Positions 61,599 through 64,000 of a DNA stretch of 64,000 nucleotides are shown one piece after another. How positions within the stretch are numbered: the first letter of the stretch is position 1; every line of letters begins with the position of its first letter. Where the stretch lies: NCBI GenBank assembly GCA_019057795.1, contig JAHLWS010000078.1, positions 96,001 to 160,000 of the forward strand, written 5' to 3'. This stretch comes from Promethearchaeota archaeon (lineage in GTDB: Archaea > Asgardarchaeota > Lokiarchaeia > Sigyniarchaeales > SOKP01). A model generated the notes under the pieces. It ran no database searches, had not been told where the DNA came from, and was given only the letters and a program-made list of their open reading frames with translations. The translations under genes and the position numbers were made by a program.

Positions 61599-62414
61599 AT
61601 GGCTAAGAAGAAAAAATTTTTGATGATGCCTGTAATTCATTCAAAGTTTAACGATAAAACTCTCGAGAATATACTAATCAATAAATCGAGAACTCTCTTA
61701 ACAGAAAAGAAGGGTGCTGTCCCCTCGTTTATTTTTCTTTCTGGAAGTTTTTTTGATGTAAAAGGTTTTGTATACACGGGGCTTCGAGCATGGAAGGGTG
61801 CAGTAAAACCATCAAATAGCGATGAAGGTAGAAGGCCATTACTTGAAGCTACTTTCGCTTCTCTTTCAGTTTATCTAAGTTCATTACTTGCTCTACAAGC
61901 AGATTTTTACTTCGCTTACGAAGAGATCAAAGACATATTATTAGAAAAGAAAAGGGAAGATCTATGGACTATTGTATCAGAAAAATTACCATTTATTTCA
62001 CTCCCTCCAAAAGAAATGTATGGAAGCCAAGTTTCGCCAATATCTCCATACTTTGTAATCGAACAAGATGATGAACTCATATTAGGGGAGATATATCCAT
62101 CGGCTTATTTAACAAAAGTTATCTCTTCTATTAAGACCAGATTTTTCGTGTTTTTCCAGTATCAAGGATATTCCGCTTTTGGATTTTTCGATTCTTTACC
62201 TAAACATGCTAAGTTTGGTTTTGAGGAAAAAGCGAGAGAGTTTGAAGAAGAACCTACATCAGAAAACCTACAAAAGTATGCTAATAATGCTAAAAATTTA
62301 AAAGAAGTTCTAATCGCGCTCATCGAAGCGCATAATAATGCGTATTTAGGACAGTATTTAATTGAGGATTACGAACTCCTATTAAATAAACTACTAGAAT
62401 CGGAGGACCTATAA
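61599..62414 (+). CDS. Hypothetical protein, probably co-transcribed with the GTPase
   Basis: 271 aa; 1-nt gap to next gene. Confidence 0.7.
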   Translation: MAKKKKFLMMPVIHSKFNDKTLENILINKSRTLLTEKKGAVPSFIFLSGSFFDVKGFVYTGLRAWKGAVKPSNSDEGRRPLLEATFASLSVYLSSLLALQADFYFAYEEIKDILLEKKREDLWTIVSEKLPFISLPPKEMYGSQVSPISPYFVIEQDDELILGEIYPSAYLTKVISSIKTRFFVFFQYQGYSAFGFFDSLPKHAKFGFEEKAREFEEEPTSENLQKYANNAKNLKEVLIALIEAHNNAYLGQYLIEDYELLLNKLLESEDL

Positions 62415-62415
62415 A

Positions 62416-63048
62416 ATGGTGAATATTGGGCTTTTGGGTGATATCTCTGTCGGAAAAACTAGTATTCTCCGTTTATTCGTAAGATATTTAAAAGTTGGTG
62501 ACATAGAAAAAGTTAAGGGGGGACAAAAATGTACAGTAATAAAAGCAGATTTTTCAGGAGAGGCAACAGTGCCGGGAGGAGATAAAGAAGATAAACTTAA
62601 TCAAAAAGAAACGAAAACAATCCATCCAAATAGGATTGTTTTTAGAGAAGATAAATCGGGAAAAGCACATACAATCTTCGCACCAGGAGGAGATCGGAAA
62701 CGAAGTGTAATTCGAATGGGAATTATAACGATATCCCGAATCGCAACCCAGATAATAGCGATCTTTTCGTGCGATAGAGATGTAAAAACTCAATTTGAAT
62801 TTTTCAACGATGTTCGATTTTTCCCAGATAAAATTAATCTTTGTATAAATAAAGTAGATTTACTTAAAGGCGATAAAAAGAATAAACTAGAGAAATTGGA
62901 AACAGAAATTATAGATTTTTTTAAGACAAGAAAAATACAAATAGTAGAGACCTTTATAACATGTGGTGAAAGTGTGGAAGGGTTTGAGGATGTCCAGATT
63001 TATAACGACCGCGTCGTAGAGATGATCCTAAGAATTATTACTCAATAA
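62416..63048 (+). CDS. Small GTPase with atypical G3 (MglA-like)
   Basis: GDISVGKT, T in G2, FAPGG at G3, NKVD. Confidence 0.8.
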   Translation: MVNIGLLGDISVGKTSILRLFVRYLKVGDIEKVKGGQKCTVIKADFSGEATVPGGDKEDKLNQKETKTIHPNRIVFREDKSGKAHTIFAPGGDRKRSVIRMGIITISRIATQIIAIFSCDRDVKTQFEFFNDVRFFPDKINLCINKVDLLKGDKKNKLEKLETEIIDFFKTRKIQIVETFITCGESVEGFEDVQIYNDRVVEMILRIITQ

Positions 63049-63157
63049 CCAGTTTAAGTGGCATGGTAGAATCTCTGATCTTTTTCTGGAATTTGCGGGA
63101 CTCTTCTTCGATTTTTCATTGTTCTCTGATTCTTCTGGAAATGGGGGCTAAAACCCC
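63038..63157 (-). pseudogene. Orphan 3' gene end next to the HNH gene
   Basis: GVLAPISRRIREQ*KIEEESRKFQKKIRDSTMPLKLVIE*; GC-richer than normal intergenic DNA. Confidence 0.5.
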
Positions 63158-63170
63158 GAAATTTTTCTTT

Positions 63171-64000
63171 TTACTCTTCATAATTTAAATAATATTTACC
63201 CTTCTTGAAAGAGAGTAAACCAGATTGTATTAGCGGGCTAACGGTGTCTAATAAGCTCGCATGTACAGAATTGTGCCCCTTATGTTCTTCACAAACCCAT
63301 AAGTTTTTTAATCGATTATCTAGGGTAACAAGGTTGATATGATGAACTTTATATTCTGATTTTAAGAATTTTCCATCAAGAAGGCTATTTTGAGAGATCC
63401 CCAATTCAAGATGTTTCGCTAAATAGTTTTCTATTACATAGCGATGTTCAAGCATTATATTTTGTCTACTGAGCTTTATTGCGAATGGGTTTTTGTAATC
63501 ATTTGGTATTTTTCTCCATATACGATCACCAGCGCTCTCGCTTCTCTTAATGGTGCGAATATTTCCCCATCGTTCATAATAAGTTGGAATTTTATGATGA
63601 TTCCATCTCCATTTATATGCTGTGGACTCTGAAATGCCGCATACTTTCGCGAGCCGTGGATCTGTCAAGTTATATTGTTTTTCTCTGACGATGGTTTCCA
63701 TCCAAAACTTATTTCTATAAAGTGGATTTTCTTTTGAGCAGTCCTTGTAGGGATCAACTGTCATACTAACTTGTCCATATTGATTAGAATTTTTCCACAC
63801 ATTCCAATCGTTAGGGACATGATCCCAATCGAGTGTTTTTATTTGGTGTTTTATTTCTTTTATACTCATATCACCTTTAAATTCAGCAGGCTTAATTATT
63901 TCCTTAATTTCTGAGAGATCTAGCGTTTTATAATCGAATTTGTAGTTTACATTGTATTTTCCCTCATTAAATTGGATTTGACTAAGTTTATATAAGCAAC
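63171..64000 (-). pseudogene. C-terminal part of a frameshifted HNH-repeat protein related to 58866-61283, running off the window
   Basis: LDWD...DPYKD..KENPLY...HHINL..LDNRLKNL; upstream in another frame LYKLSQIQFNEGKY matches IKLHQIFFKEGMY; frameshift near 63925. Confidence 0.75.

Overview
AT-rich archaeal chromosomal window, most likely Asgard (Lokiarchaeia-like). This is inferred from roadblock- and longin-like proteins, a small GTPase, SCP2 expansion, GGTGA ribosome-binding sites and intron-containing tRNAs. 1-10.4 kb and 18.5-21.3 kb are defence-like islands (HEPN/Abi/Schlafen-like genes, Shedu-like nuclease). 11.3-18.3 kb holds a membrane-anchored HerA/VirB4-like ATPase followed by proteins sharing an acidic F-x-P repeat leader fused to different nucleases. 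23.5-34.9 kb is a Thermotoga-type inositol cluster (iolM/iolO/iolN) interrupted by nuclease genes. The rest is mostly housekeeping, with two more HNH-module insertions. Main observations: (1) free-standing homing-type nuclease genes flanked by a second, diverged copy of a host-gene end (iolN 5' end; 3' end of the 200-aa gene), suggesting intron-less homing by terminus replacement; (2) two families of conserved-N-terminus/variable-nuclease proteins; (3) a 30-nt stop-containing hairpin inside the catalytic CGICGSD motif of iolM, a candidate mRNA intron; (4) three tRNAs with five non-canonical BHB-type introns, including a three-intron tRNA-Phe. Family assignments come from motif recognition by eye, not database searches.
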